From Candidatus Multivoradales bacterium (GTDB lineage: Bacteria > Acidobacteriota > Thermoanaerobaculia > Multivoradales > J023), in contig CBDFLE010000006.1 of NCBI GenBank assembly GCA_965248925.1, positions 2,112,001 to 2,176,000 on the forward strand: 64,000 nt of DNA. The letters are read 5' to 3'. Position numbers and translations under genes: made by a program. This document shows, piece after piece, positions 30,683 to 40,236 of this stretch (position 1 is the stretch's first letter; each line of letters starts with the position of its first letter). A model generated the notes under the pieces. That model ran no database searches. It was not told where the DNA came from and saw only the letters and a program-made list of their open reading frames with translations.

Positions 30683-31242
30683 GTAAAGAAGTCATGTTTC
30701 ATCCCCATCCTTTACATCGGCATCTCGTCAGTATCTTCGACAACGAGACTGATCTGCTGGCGGCGGTGGACCACCTGCACCGCGAGGGGCTCACCATCGC
30801 CGATATTCAGACCCCCTACCCGGTTCACGGCTTGGAGCGGGCAGCTGGCCTGCGCCGCAGCCGCCTGGGCTGGGTGTGCGCTATCGCCGGTCTGTCGGCG
30901 GCAGTGGCCATGCTCGGCTTCCAGACCTGGGTGTCGGCGGTTTCCTGGCCAATCAATGTGGGCGGCAAACCATTCGCCTCGACCCCGGCCTTCGTGCCGG
31001 TGATGTTCGAAGTCGGCGTGCTGGTGGGCGGACTCAGTTCGGTGCTGGCCCTATTCATCTCCAGCCGCATGTTCCCCGGCAAGAAAGCCAAACTGGCGGC
31101 GCCGGGAGTCACCGACGACCGCTTCGTGGTGGTGCTTGAGCTGGCCAATGTTGAACACACCCGCGCTCGGGCGGTGGAACTCTGCCACCAGCACAACGCG
31201 GTGCGAGTGGAAGACCCAGCACCGCTGGGAGGTCAGCGATGA
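30679..31242 (+). CDS. actD: ACIII ActD (DUF3341)
   Basis: TPYPVHGL, WPINVGGKP, PVMFE, TDDRF. Confidence 0.9.
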   Translation: MSKEVMFHPHPLHRHLVSIFDNETDLLAAVDHLHREGLTIADIQTPYPVHGLERAAGLRRSRLGWVCAIAGLSAAVAMLGFQTWVSAVSWPINVGGKPFASTPAFVPVMFEVGVLVGGLSSVLALFISSRMFPGKKAKLAAPGVTDDRFVVVLELANVEHTRARAVELCHQHNAVRVEDPAPLGGQR

Positions 31243-31880
31243 GTGGCACAATAGCGCTCAACCGCCTTCTGGTGATCGTGCTCGCGGCGCTGATCGCCCT
31301 GAACTGGGGGCTGGCCAGGGATAGCAGCGAACGGGGGGTGGAGTTCATGCCCGAGATGGCGCGAGCGATCCCCGCCGAGTCCTACGCCGCCAACGCGGTC
31401 TTGGCCAACTCGATGACCTTGCAGCAACCGCCGGCTGGAGCCATCGCCAGGGGCTGGCTGCCGCTGCATTTGACCGCGTCGCCAGCAGACGCCCTGCGCG
31501 CCAGCCAGGAACTCAGCAACCCGTTCACAGGCGATGACCCAGCTGGCGTAGAGCGTGGTGAGTCAATCTTCGCCCGCTATTGCGTGCTATGCCACGGACC
31601 CAGCGGCGAGGGAGACGGACCGGTGGCCCAACGCGGCTTTCCGGCGCCACCCTCATTGCTCGACGCCCACGCCCAAGCGATGGGCGATGGCCAGCTCTTC
31701 CACATCATCACCTTCGGTCAAGGCAACATGCCGGGCCACGCCGCGCAACTCGACCGCGCCGACCGCTGGCGGGCGGTGCTCAGGATTCGCCAGCTGCAAG
31801 CCGCCGCCGGCCCGGCACCGGATGCCACCGTCAATATCGCCGCCACGACCGACGAAACCGTCTCTGGAGACCAGCCATGA
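31239..31880 (+). CDS. actE: ACIII ActE monohaem cytochrome c
   Basis: PPAGAIARG, CVLCHG, DGQLFHIITFGQGNM, DRW. Confidence 0.88.
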   Translation: MSGTIALNRLLVIVLAALIALNWGLARDSSERGVEFMPEMARAIPAESYAANAVLANSMTLQQPPAGAIARGWLPLHLTASPADALRASQELSNPFTGDDPAGVERGESIFARYCVLCHGPSGEGDGPVAQRGFPAPPSLLDAHAQAMGDGQLFHIITFGQGNMPGHAAQLDRADRWRAVLRIRQLQAAAGPAPDATVNIAATTDETVSGDQP

Positions 31881-33046
31881 TCGCCGAGTCTCGACTCGTC
31901 ACGGCGAGCCGTACCGAGCGCTCCTTGTGGCAGCCGCTCACCATCGCCGGCCTGGTGTTGTTCATCGGTGGTGCCATCCTGACTCCGGATCGCCTCGGGC
32001 CAAGCCTGCTGCTCTATGGTTATGGGTTGCTCGGTCTGGCGATTGGTGGTCTCTACTTCTTGGCCATTCACTACGCCACCACCGCCGGTTGGGCGACCGC
32101 TTTCAAACGGGTGCCGGAGGCTCTGACCAGCCTCGCACCGATCGCCCTGCTGTTGATCCTGGCGGCTTTCGTGACCGGTTCGACGGTGCTCTACCCCTGG
32201 CTTCGTGAAGGCGCAGAAGCGGCTTCCCTGACCCCCTTCAAGGCACGCTGGTTGAGCCCACTGTGGTTCTTCGGCCGCGCCACAATCTACGCCGTCGTGT
32301 TGATCACTTGCGGCGCTGCTCTGCGGCGCCACTCATTGGCCCAAAACCAGGACCGGAATCCAGCCCACACCGCGAGTTGCCGCCGACTGGCCGTGGTCTT
32401 TCTACTCGCTGGCTCGTTTACCGTCTGGCTAGCCTCCTTCGACTGGATCATGGCGATCGAGCCGCATTGGTACAGCACCCTTTTTGGGGTCTACAACTTC
32501 GCCGGTCACTTCACCGGTGGGCTAGCAGCGATCATCCTGGTGGTGATCGCTCTGCAACGCCGTGGTGCCCTGCCGGGGGTCACCAGCGACCACCTCCACG
32601 ATCTTGGCAAGCTGCTCTTCGCCATGAGCACCTTCTGGATGTACATGTGGTTCAGCCAAGCGATGTTGATCTGGTACAGCAACATCGCTGAGGAAGCTAT
32701 TTACTTCAACATCCGGCTGGCCAATGGCTGGCGCCCACTGTTCATCGCCAACGTGCTGCTCAACTGGGGGATACCTTTCCTAGTGCTGCTGTCGCGGCGC
32801 GCCAAGCGCAGCTCGACGGTGATGGTGCGTATTGCCCTGGTGGTGCTGGCCGGACGCTGGCTCGACCTTTACTTGATGATCTATCCGCCGCTCACCAGCG
32901 GGCCGGTGGTCGGCCTGTTGGAGGTAGGCGGCGCGCTCGCTCTACCGGGTCTTGCAGGCTTCCTGATCTGGCGCTGGTTGGAGCGAGTCCCAGCGCAGCC
33001 GAGCGGCGATCCCTATCTGCAAGAAAGCCTCCACCTTCACCAATAG
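31877..33046 (+). CDS. actF: ACIII ActF membrane subunit
   Basis: FDWIMAIEPHWYST, HLHDLGKLLFA, FWMYMWFSQ..IWY. Confidence 0.9.
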   Translation: MIAESRLVTASRTERSLWQPLTIAGLVLFIGGAILTPDRLGPSLLLYGYGLLGLAIGGLYFLAIHYATTAGWATAFKRVPEALTSLAPIALLLILAAFVTGSTVLYPWLREGAEAASLTPFKARWLSPLWFFGRATIYAVVLITCGAALRRHSLAQNQDRNPAHTASCRRLAVVFLLAGSFTVWLASFDWIMAIEPHWYSTLFGVYNFAGHFTGGLAAIILVVIALQRRGALPGVTSDHLHDLGKLLFAMSTFWMYMWFSQAMLIWYSNIAEEAIYFNIRLANGWRPLFIANVLLNWGIPFLVLLSRRAKRSSTVMVRIALVVLAGRWLDLYLMIYPPLTSGPVVGLLEVGGALALPGLAGFLIWRWLERVPAQPSGDPYLQESLHLHQ

Positions 33047-33056
33047 GAGCAGTTCG

Positions 33057-34619
33057 ATGGAACGGCAGAATCTCCACCAGTGGGATGTCGAAGACGAGAG
33101 TTTTTGGACCAAGACCGGTCAGCGAATCGCCAACCGCAATCTGTGGATCTCGATCCCCAGCTTGCTCTGTGGTTTCGCGGTGTGGCTCTATTGGAGCATC
33201 ATCACCACCCAGATGCTGGATCTTCAGTTTCCCTTCAGCAAGGGGGAGCTGTTTACCCTCAATGCCATCGCCGGTCTGACCGGTGCAACTTTGCGCATTC
33301 CGAGTTCGTTCCTGATCCGCCTAGCCGGTGGTCGCAACACCATCTTCTTCACCACCGCGTTGTTGATCCTGCCCGCCCTTGGCGCTGGCCTGGCGCTGGC
33401 CGATCCGTCCACACCGCTGTGGATGTTTCAAGTTCTGGCCGCGCTCTCGGGGCTCGGTGGCGGCAACTTTGCCTCCTCGATGTCCAACATCAGCTTCTTT
33501 TTTCCCAAGCGAGTGCAAGGCGCCTCGCTGGGTTTGAATGCTGGCCTGGGCAACCTCGGGGTCAGCATCATGCAGGTGTTGCTGCCCTGGGTCATGACCT
33601 TTTCTCTGTTCGGCGCGCTTGGCGGTAGCGGCCGGCCAGTTCCCGGTGATGCGGCGAGCACGATCTATATTCAGAATGCTGGTTTCGTCTGGGTGCCCGT
33701 CCTGGCCATCCTGGCCATCGTCGGCTTCTTCGGCATGAACAACCTGCTCACTCCCACGGTATCGCCGAAAGTCAGAGGCACCTCCGCCGCCTTGCTGCAG
33801 ATCAGTAGTCTTCTCCTGGTCGCCTTCCTCACCGCCGGTTGCGGGCTCTACCTACTGCTCGGGGTCGGGCTAAGCAAGTGGATCGTCTTGCCCTTGGTGA
33901 TGACCGCCACGGTCTTCCTGATGAAGCTCTTCCCCGGTGAGATCCGCCAGAGCCTCAACCGTCAGTATGCGATCTTCAACAACAAGCACACCTGGATCAT
34001 GACGGTGATCTACACCATGACCTTCGGTTCTTTCATCGGTTTCTCAGCCGCCTTCCCTTTGGCCATCAAAGTGATCTTCGGCTTCTCGCACGACCCCAAC
34101 GGCGCCGAGTTAGGAATCAATCCGGCAGCACCGAGCGCCTTTGCTTACGCTTGGCTCGGGCCATTGATCGGCTCTTTGATTCGCCCGGTCGGTGGCTGGA
34201 TCTCAGATATGAAGATCGGCGGCGCCAAAGTCACCCAGCTGGTCACTTTGGTGATGATCGGCTCAGCCCTCGGGGTGTCTCACTTCATGGTTCAGGCTTA
34301 CCGTTCCGAGACTCCAGAGCAGTACTTCCCTGGTTTCCTCACCCTCTTCCTGCTGCTCTTCGCGGCTACCGGAGTTGGCAACGGATCGACCTTCCGTTCG
34401 ATGGGCGTGATGTTCAACGATGAACAAGCCGGGCCGGTGCTGGGCTGGACTTCAGCAGTTGCTGCTTACGGCGCCTTCATCATCCCCAAAGTGCTCGGCG
34501 AGCAGATCCAGCTCGGCACCCCAGAGCGCGCGCTCTACGGCTTCGCCATCTTCTACGTCGTCTGCCTGCTGCTCAACTTCTGGTACTACGCCCGCAAGGG
34601 AGCCGAGATCCGCTGCTGA
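33057..34619 (+). CDS. narK: NarK2-type nitrate/nitrite antiporter
   Basis: WDVEDESFW..RNLWISIP, GGGNFASSMSNISFFFP, TFGSFIGFSAAFP, GNGSTF. Confidence 0.93.
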   Translation: MERQNLHQWDVEDESFWTKTGQRIANRNLWISIPSLLCGFAVWLYWSIITTQMLDLQFPFSKGELFTLNAIAGLTGATLRIPSSFLIRLAGGRNTIFFTTALLILPALGAGLALADPSTPLWMFQVLAALSGLGGGNFASSMSNISFFFPKRVQGASLGLNAGLGNLGVSIMQVLLPWVMTFSLFGALGGSGRPVPGDAASTIYIQNAGFVWVPVLAILAIVGFFGMNNLLTPTVSPKVRGTSAALLQISSLLLVAFLTAGCGLYLLLGVGLSKWIVLPLVMTATVFLMKLFPGEIRQSLNRQYAIFNNKHTWIMTVIYTMTFGSFIGFSAAFPLAIKVIFGFSHDPNGAELGINPAAPSAFAYAWLGPLIGSLIRPVGGWISDMKIGGAKVTQLVTLVMIGSALGVSHFMVQAYRSETPEQYFPGFLTLFLLLFAATGVGNGSTFRSMGVMFNDEQAGPVLGWTSAVAAYGAFIIPKVLGEQIQLGTPERALYGFAIFYVVCLLLNFWYYARKGAEIRC

Positions 34620-34647
34620 GCGGCCGCCACCAACCGAGAGAAAAACG

Positions 34648-35157
34648 ATGCGCCGAATACACCTGGTGGGCTCGAAGAATCACGGCAAGACCACCCTGCT
34701 GGTCGAGCTGATCGAAGCCGCCACCCACCGTGGCTTGCGAGTCGGCGCCATCAAACACACTCACCACGCCCACCAGCTTGACAAGCCCGGCAGTGATTCC
34801 TACCGCTTGCGCGGCGCCGGGGCGGCGCCCGCGGCCTTCGTCAGCGGCTCCGGGATAGGCGTCTTCCTGCCTTGCGAACCCGGCTCGTGCTACGACCGTT
34901 TAGAAGAGCTCTACGCCGACTGCGATCTGGTGCTCGTCGAAGGCGATCTCACCGCCCGCGCCACCACTATCGAAGTCTGGCGGGCTGCCGAGGGCAGGCC
35001 GCCGTTGGCGTTGAGTCAGAAAGGCATCACCGCGGTGGTGACTGACGATCCCCTCAACATCGACCTGCCGGTGCTACCTCGTACCGACATCGAAGGGCTT
35101 CTCGACCAAGTGCTGGTCCTGGCTGGGGTGCCAGACGTGGCTGGAGTCCGGGTCTGA
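34648..35157 (+). CDS. mobB: Molybdopterin-guanine dinucleotide biosynthesis protein B
   Basis: VGSKNHGKTTL, IKHTHH, DKPGSDSYR, DLVLVEG. Confidence 0.9.
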   Translation: MRRIHLVGSKNHGKTTLLVELIEAATHRGLRVGAIKHTHHAHQLDKPGSDSYRLRGAGAAPAAFVSGSGIGVFLPCEPGSCYDRLEELYADCDLVLVEGDLTARATTIEVWRAAEGRPPLALSQKGITAVVTDDPLNIDLPVLPRTDIEGLLDQVLVLAGVPDVAGVRV

Positions 35158-35281
35158 GAACCTGGGGGGGGGGGACCAGGCTTGCGAAGACGGACGCTTC
35201 AAGGTGCAGTACAGCCACGGCTCTCTTGCTTACCCATTGCACGACTGTGCTCCGTTATAGTGGATGGTGGAGGCATTACCG

Positions 35282-35506
35282 ATGGATCTACGCTACACAG
35301 CCGTTTTTGAGCAGGTCGGAGAGATGTGGATAGGCTTTGCCGAGGAGCTGCCCGGCGCCAACACTCAGGGCAAGACCCTGGAAGAAGTACGAGAAAACCT
35401 GAAAGAGGCTATTCGGCTCATCCTTGCGGCCAACCGCGACTTGGTCGAGAGGCGCAGTAAGGGCCACCGGGTGATGCGAGAGGAGCTTCTGGTGTCTGTT
35501 GGATGA
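35282..35506 (+). CDS. hicB: HicB antitoxin
   Basis: ELPGANTQGKTLEEVRENLKEAI. Confidence 0.9.
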   Translation: MDLRYTAVFEQVGEMWIGFAEELPGANTQGKTLEEVRENLKEAIRLILAANRDLVERRSKGHRVMREELLVSVG

Positions 35507-35688
35507 AGCGCCGTCAGCTCCTCAAGCACTTGAGAAGGCACGGATGCGAGCTACTTCGCGAAGGCAGTCGCCACTCCGTCTTCTGGAATTCCGGCAATCA
35601 CCAGACCAGCACTGTTCCCCGTCACACCGAGATCATCGACCTGCTCGCCAAGAAGATCTGCAAAGACCTCGGTATCCCCAAAGCCTGA
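35503..35688 (+). CDS. hicA: HicA toxin
   Basis: MKRRQLLKHL..REGSRHS..TVPRHTEI..KKICKDLGI. Confidence 0.92.
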   Translation: MKRRQLLKHLRRHGCELLREGSRHSVFWNSGNHQTSTVPRHTEIIDLLAKKICKDLGIPKA

Positions 35689-35756
35689 GACTCTGCAAAG
35701 ACCCGACAAGAAGGCACCACACCTTCTCTTTGAGCCACTCGACAACCCGCTTGCCC

Positions 35757-35845
35757 TCTGTACCCACTCATCGGCCTCACCGGTAGATACCAGAGCGACG
35801 AAACACTCGCGTTCTGTACAGCGTAGGGATCAGCGTCACGGCTTA
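35757..35845 (+). repeat. Direct repeat C, copy 1 (orphan copy of PQQ-gene upstream region)
   Basis: Colinear with 38379-38468 (tctgtaccca..cggtaga..gacgaaacac.cgcg..ctgtac.gcgtaggga..cgtcacggct). Confidence 0.85.
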
Positions 35846-35979
35846 AGACAGGCTGTGGTGGAAGTCTGCCAGGGTTCGAGTCTGAGGCGGCCTCAGAGAA
35901 GCGGCTGATAAGATCGGGCCGGATCCGGTCGGCTCTCGCTTGCTCTCTAGCCCGACGGCATCAGCGCCCCGTGGAAGCC

Positions 35980-36069
35980 TGGGCTGAGCTTCATCAGCAG
36001 GAGCTACAGGAATGCTGGGACCGCTTGCAACAGGGCCAACCTCCTCGTAGGATCGAGACTCTGCAATAA
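35980..36069 (+). pseudogene. 3' remnant of DUF4160 family gene
   Basis: WAELHQQELQECWDRLQQGQPPRRIETLQ* immediately before the DUF2442 gene. Confidence 0.7.
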
Positions 36070-36079
36070 GGAGTCGAGA

Positions 36080-36376
36080 ATGGCGCATTCTATCCACCGC
36101 GTGACATCGGTCGAGGTAATCGGTACCCATCAGCTCCGGGTGGGCTTCGAGGATGGCAACTCGCAGGAGATCGACCTCGAGCCAATTCTCAAGGGCGAAC
36201 TCTATGGCCCCCTCCGCGATCCGAAGATCTTCGCCAAGGTCGCAATAGATCCTGAACTCCACACCCTCGTCTGGCCAAACGGAGCCGACTTCGACCCCGC
36301 GATGCTTCATGACTGGCCTCGACACGAGGAACCTATGCGGAATCTAGCCAGGCGATGGGCCTTGGCGAGTGCTTAA
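36080..36376 (+). CDS. DUF2442 family protein
   Basis: LRVGFEDG..IDL..GPLRDP..TLVWPNGADFDP. Confidence 0.88.
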   Translation: MAHSIHRVTSVEVIGTHQLRVGFEDGNSQEIDLEPILKGELYGPLRDPKIFAKVAIDPELHTLVWPNGADFDPAMLHDWPRHEEPMRNLARRWALASA

Positions 36377-36469
36377 GGCCGCGGAGCAATCGCCTAGAGA
36401 ATGTACCACAACCACGGATCTGCTAATGAGAAGCGCCTCACATACCACGCTGAAAATAGACTGGTTAAG

Positions 36470-37297
36470 ATGAGTCAATTTCGACAGACTTTGATTTCCG
36501 GAACCGTTTGGATTTTGATTGCTCTCTCTGCCGCGACCCTCGGCGCTTGGCTCGACTCTCGAGGATCAGCAGACGTGCTTGGCAAGATTCTTTTCTACGG
36601 CGGAATCTTCGTCGCCACCGTCTTCTTGGTTCAGATCGTGAAGATCGTACGCTTTCATCTAGTTGGCACGCGGATGATGCGAGAAGATCCAAAAGCCTTC
36701 GCGGAGGCTGCTGCTGACTTTCGAGAAAGCGCGTCAAAGATCGACAGCGGCAGGGAAAATGCCACAGAATGCACGTCGGAGCCGAAAGCAACTCCTACCG
36801 AACATGATATCCGAGACAACAATTTCGGGAAACATTTCTATTTGATGGATTACCGTCAACACTACTCGAAATTTCTAGACGGAAGCATAGACCAGAAGCG
36901 CACACTTTCCGAATTGTTCCTGTTCCGAGGCTGGACAACACAGTTCGGGTTCAGGATCTTCAACTCACAAGAACATCTCACAGACGAAATTCTGAATAAT
37001 ATAGTAAATAGTGCAACCACACTTGGCGTAGGAATTTTTAATGTAACGCACGGGTTTGACCCGCAAGAAATACTTGGCAAGAAACTTATCGATTTGATCG
37101 AGAATCGCTGGCAAGCCTACGATGCAATCGTTGAAGGTTCTTCTGGCTCCTCACAGATTCCCACGGCTGCCTTGGTCGGGGCAGCCATGAGGAGATCAGA
37201 TATCCACGACCCGTCAAAGTTTGTTCTTTTGTCTTCTGATTTTATGAAGCATCTTATGCAGATCAAGGACGACGCCATTGACCTTGGACTCTTCTAG
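36470..37297 (+). CDS. AT-rich hypothetical protein with two N-terminal TM helices
   Basis: Long ORF, two hydrophobic segments, composition unlike host; start could be 36401. Confidence 0.65.
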   Translation: MSQFRQTLISGTVWILIALSAATLGAWLDSRGSADVLGKILFYGGIFVATVFLVQIVKIVRFHLVGTRMMREDPKAFAEAAADFRESASKIDSGRENATECTSEPKATPTEHDIRDNNFGKHFYLMDYRQHYSKFLDGSIDQKRTLSELFLFRGWTTQFGFRIFNSQEHLTDEILNNIVNSATTLGVGIFNVTHGFDPQEILGKKLIDLIENRWQAYDAIVEGSSGSSQIPTAALVGAAMRRSDIHDPSKFVLLSSDFMKHLMQIKDDAIDLGLF

Positions 37298-37510
37298 CAA
37301 GTGAGCCAAGAAGAGGTGCAGTATAGGGTCGCCCGTCTCGGCCAAGGAAGGTGCCACACCTTTGTTGAGGGCCGGATCTGGCTGGAGCGCTGGAAATGGC
37401 TGGAACGCGAGCCTGAGGCAGGTCCCGAGCTGCTGCTGCTAGGATCGCCGAAGCGGCTGTCGTCTACCAGAGAAGCCGGCGCCAGGGAAGCCAATCACCG
37501 GAGACTAGCG

Positions 37511-38005
37511 ATGGATTTTGCCAGAATTCTCAGCATCTTGGTCAGCCTGGAGAAGGAGCAAGTCGAGTACGCGATCTTCGGCGCGGTCGCATTGAACTTT
37601 CACGGCATCGTCAGAGCCACAGAGGATCTGGATCTCTTCATTCGCCCCGAAACCGAAAACATCGATCGGCTTCGCCGAGCCCTAAGAAGGGTCTACGACG
37701 ACCCCAACATCGATGAGATCAGCACCGAGGATCTGCTCGGCAACTATCCTGCGGTTCGCTATTTTCCGCCAAGTTCCGCGGACGAGGACGGTTTTTTCCT
37801 CGATATCCTGACGAGATTGGGGGAGAAGGTGAGCTTCTCCGATCTCGAGATTCAGGATATCGATGTCGAGGGTGTCAAAGCGCGGGTGGTTTCGCCCCGG
37901 TCTCTCTACTGGCTCAAGAGGGACACCATCAGAGACAAAGATCGTCTCGACGCCAGCTACCTGGCGGAGAAGTTTGATCTCGAAGACGACGAAGGAGACC
38001 GCTAG
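37511..38005 (+). CDS. Nucleotidyltransferase family protein
   Basis: FGAVAL..HG..RATEDLDLFI, LK....R.KD..D. Confidence 0.8.
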   Translation: MDFARILSILVSLEKEQVEYAIFGAVALNFHGIVRATEDLDLFIRPETENIDRLRRALRRVYDDPNIDEISTEDLLGNYPAVRYFPPSSADEDGFFLDILTRLGEKVSFSDLEIQDIDVEGVKARVVSPRSLYWLKRDTIRDKDRLDASYLAEKFDLEDDEGDR

Positions 38006-38304
38006 TGCCAATCAAGAAATTTCGCTCCATCGAAGAGATGGACGCCGCCCGAGCGGATCTCTGGTGCGATCAAATCGGGCCAGCACTTTTTCGCCGCATT
38101 GCGCGTCTCTGGGAACGTAGCTCCCGGCTCAGCCCTCGCAAGTTCCCCAAAGGAGTCATCAAGTACCGCAATCTGGAGGAAGCACAGGCTGATCGGGAAA
38201 GGTGGCAGAAGGAACACGTTCAGCGGGTGCAGCGGGAACGGCTGGAGAACGGGACGGTGCAGGTCATTCAGGCCGGGCGGTTTGGATCTCTTAAGAGCGA
38301 ATAG
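38005..38304 (+). CDS. Small hypothetical protein coupled to the NTase
   Basis: 1-nt stop/start overlap; internal repeat KFRSIEE / KYRNLEE. Confidence 0.65.
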   Translation: MPIKKFRSIEEMDAARADLWCDQIGPALFRRIARLWERSSRLSPRKFPKGVIKYRNLEEAQADRERWQKEHVQRVQRERLENGTVQVIQAGRFGSLKSE

Positions 38305-38378
38305 TGATAAGCCTCTATGAAAGCCCAACAATGAAGGCGCCACATCTTCATAATAGACCGCTAAAAATCCACTCGCTA

Positions 38379-38468
38379 TCTGTACCCAATGGCCGACCTC
38401 ATCGGTAGACACCTGAGTGACGAAACACCCGCGGACTGTACCGCGTAGGGAAGAACGTCACGGCTAGA
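38379..38468 (+). promoter_or_regulatory. Direct repeat C, copy 2; ECF-type promoter candidate of PQQ gene
   Basis: GAAAC...CGTA conserved in the three copies. Confidence 0.55.
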
Positions 38469-38508
38469 GCCACCCGCAGAGAATCACCTACCCCGAGGAA
38501 AACCCGAT

Positions 38509-40236
38509 ATGACCAGCTCGCAGACCAGTGAACCTACTCAAAGCAGGCCGCTACGGCTATGGCCCGGTGTGGCCATCGTGACGCTGCAGTGGTTGGTCAG
38601 GTTCGTCATTCCCTTCTTCGTTCCCGCGGCTGTTCTCGCCGGAGTGCTGGGTGGACTAGTGGGTGGATTCATGATCGTCCTGTGGTGGCTGTTTTTCAGC
38701 CGGGCAGCCTGGCCCGAACGCCTGGGAGCCATCGGGCTGATGGCTGTCGCGCTATTCGCCACCTCGCGGCTACTCCACGAATCGATGGCGACGGCGGGGA
38801 TGGGGGTGCTGTTCTTCATCTATGCCATCCCGGTCCTCTGCCTCGGTTTCGTGGTCTGGGCGGTGGCCAGTCGCCACCTCTCGAATAGGCTTCGACGGGC
38901 GACGATGGTCGCAACTATTCTGCTGGCCTGTGGGGTGTGGACTCTCTTCCGCACCGGCGGTATTACCGGCGAATCTGACTCAGACTTCGGTTGGCGGTGG
39001 GCACGAACGGCCGAAGAACGGCTCTTGGCCCAGGCCGACGACCTGCCAACTGCGCCCCTCACGGGTATCGAAATGCTGGCCTCGGGAGCCGACTGGCCGG
39101 GCTTTCGCGGACCCGGTCGCGACGGCATCATCCATGGCCTGCGCATCGATACCGACTGGTCAGCCTCGCCGCCGGTCGAGCTGTGGCGACGATCGATCGG
39201 GCCGGGCTGGTCCTCTTTCGCTATCCGCGGCATCCTGCTCTACACCCAGGAGCAGCGTGGCGACGACGAGGTCGTCAGTTGCTACAACGCAACCACTGGT
39301 GATCCGGTTTGGCAACACCGCGATGCGGCCCGGTTCTGGGAATCGAATGCTGGCGCCGGCCCGCGGGCGACCCCGACTCTCAGCGGAGGGCGCGTCTACA
39401 CCCTCGGAGCGACCGGAATTCTCAATGCGCTGGAAGCCCACGACGGCAGCGTCGTGTGGTCGCGCAATGTGGCGACCGACACCGGCGCGGAGCTGCCGAC
39501 TTGGGGCTTCTCAGCCTCGCCGGTAGTGACCGACGAACTGGTAATTGCCGCCACTGCCGGTCAGCTCGTCGCTTACGACCTCGACACCGGTGAGCGGCGC
39601 TGGTCTGGCCCGGACGGCGGCGACGGCTACAGCTCGCCACAGCTGCTGACGATCGACGAAGTGACGCAGGTTCTGCACCTGAGCGCAGCCGGTGCCACCA
39701 GCCTCGCACTAGCCGACGGCACGCTACTCTGGGAGCATCCGTGGAAGGGCTACCCCATCGTCCAGCCAGCCCTTACCGCCACCGGCGATGTGTTGATCAG
39801 CGCCAGCCAACAAAGCGGCCTCCGCCGACTCGGGGTCGCTCTGGGAACCGACGGCTGGACGGTCGGGGAAAGCTGGACCTCGATACGGATGAAGCCGTAC
39901 TTCAGTGACCTGGTGGTTCACCGCGGCCATGGCTTTGGCTTCGATGGTGGCATCCTCGCTTGCATCGACCTCAAGGATGGCAGCCGCAAGTGGAAAGGCG
40001 GCCGCTACGGCCACGGACAACTGGTCTTGCTGGCCGACCAAGACCTACTGCTGGTGTTGTCGGAAAAAGGCGATCTGGTATTGGTCAAAGCGACCCCTGA
40101 TCAGTTCACGGAACTGGCACGGTTGCCGGCGATCGAGGGCAAGACCTGGAACCACCCACTGCTGGTTGGCGATCTCTTAGTGGTCCGTAACGCCCAGGAG
40201 ATGGCAGCCTTCAGGCTCTCCCTCGCGGCCGGGTGA
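38509..40236 (+). CDS. Membrane-anchored PQQ-like (BamB-like) beta-propeller protein
   Basis: 5 N-terminal TMs, DWPGFRGP, GWSSF, GPRATP, YSSP, KTWNHP. Confidence 0.9.
   Translation: MTSSQTSEPTQSRPLRLWPGVAIVTLQWLVRFVIPFFVPAAVLAGVLGGLVGGFMIVLWWLFFSRAAWPERLGAIGLMAVALFATSRLLHESMATAGMGVLFFIYAIPVLCLGFVVWAVASRHLSNRLRRATMVATILLACGVWTLFRTGGITGESDSDFGWRWARTAEERLLAQADDLPTAPLTGIEMLASGADWPGFRGPGRDGIIHGLRIDTDWSASPPVELWRRSIGPGWSSFAIRGILLYTQEQRGDDEVVSCYNATTGDPVWQHRDAARFWESNAGAGPRATPTLSGGRVYTLGATGILNALEAHDGSVVWSRNVATDTGAELPTWGFSASPVVTDELVIAATAGQLVAYDLDTGERRWSGPDGGDGYSSPQLLTIDEVTQVLHLSAAGATSLALADGTLLWEHPWKGYPIVQPALTATGDVLISASQQSGLRRLGVALGTDGWTVGESWTSIRMKPYFSDLVVHRGHGFGFDGGILACIDLKDGSRKWKGGRYGHGQLVLLADQDLLLVLSEKGDLVLVKATPDQFTELARLPAIEGKTWNHPLLVGDLLVVRNAQEMAAFRLSLAAG

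Noticed and set aside
35164-35174. G11 tract as phase-variation switch
   Set aside because: Intergenic and not demonstrably inside a promoter spacer; homopolymer length may be a sequencing artefact
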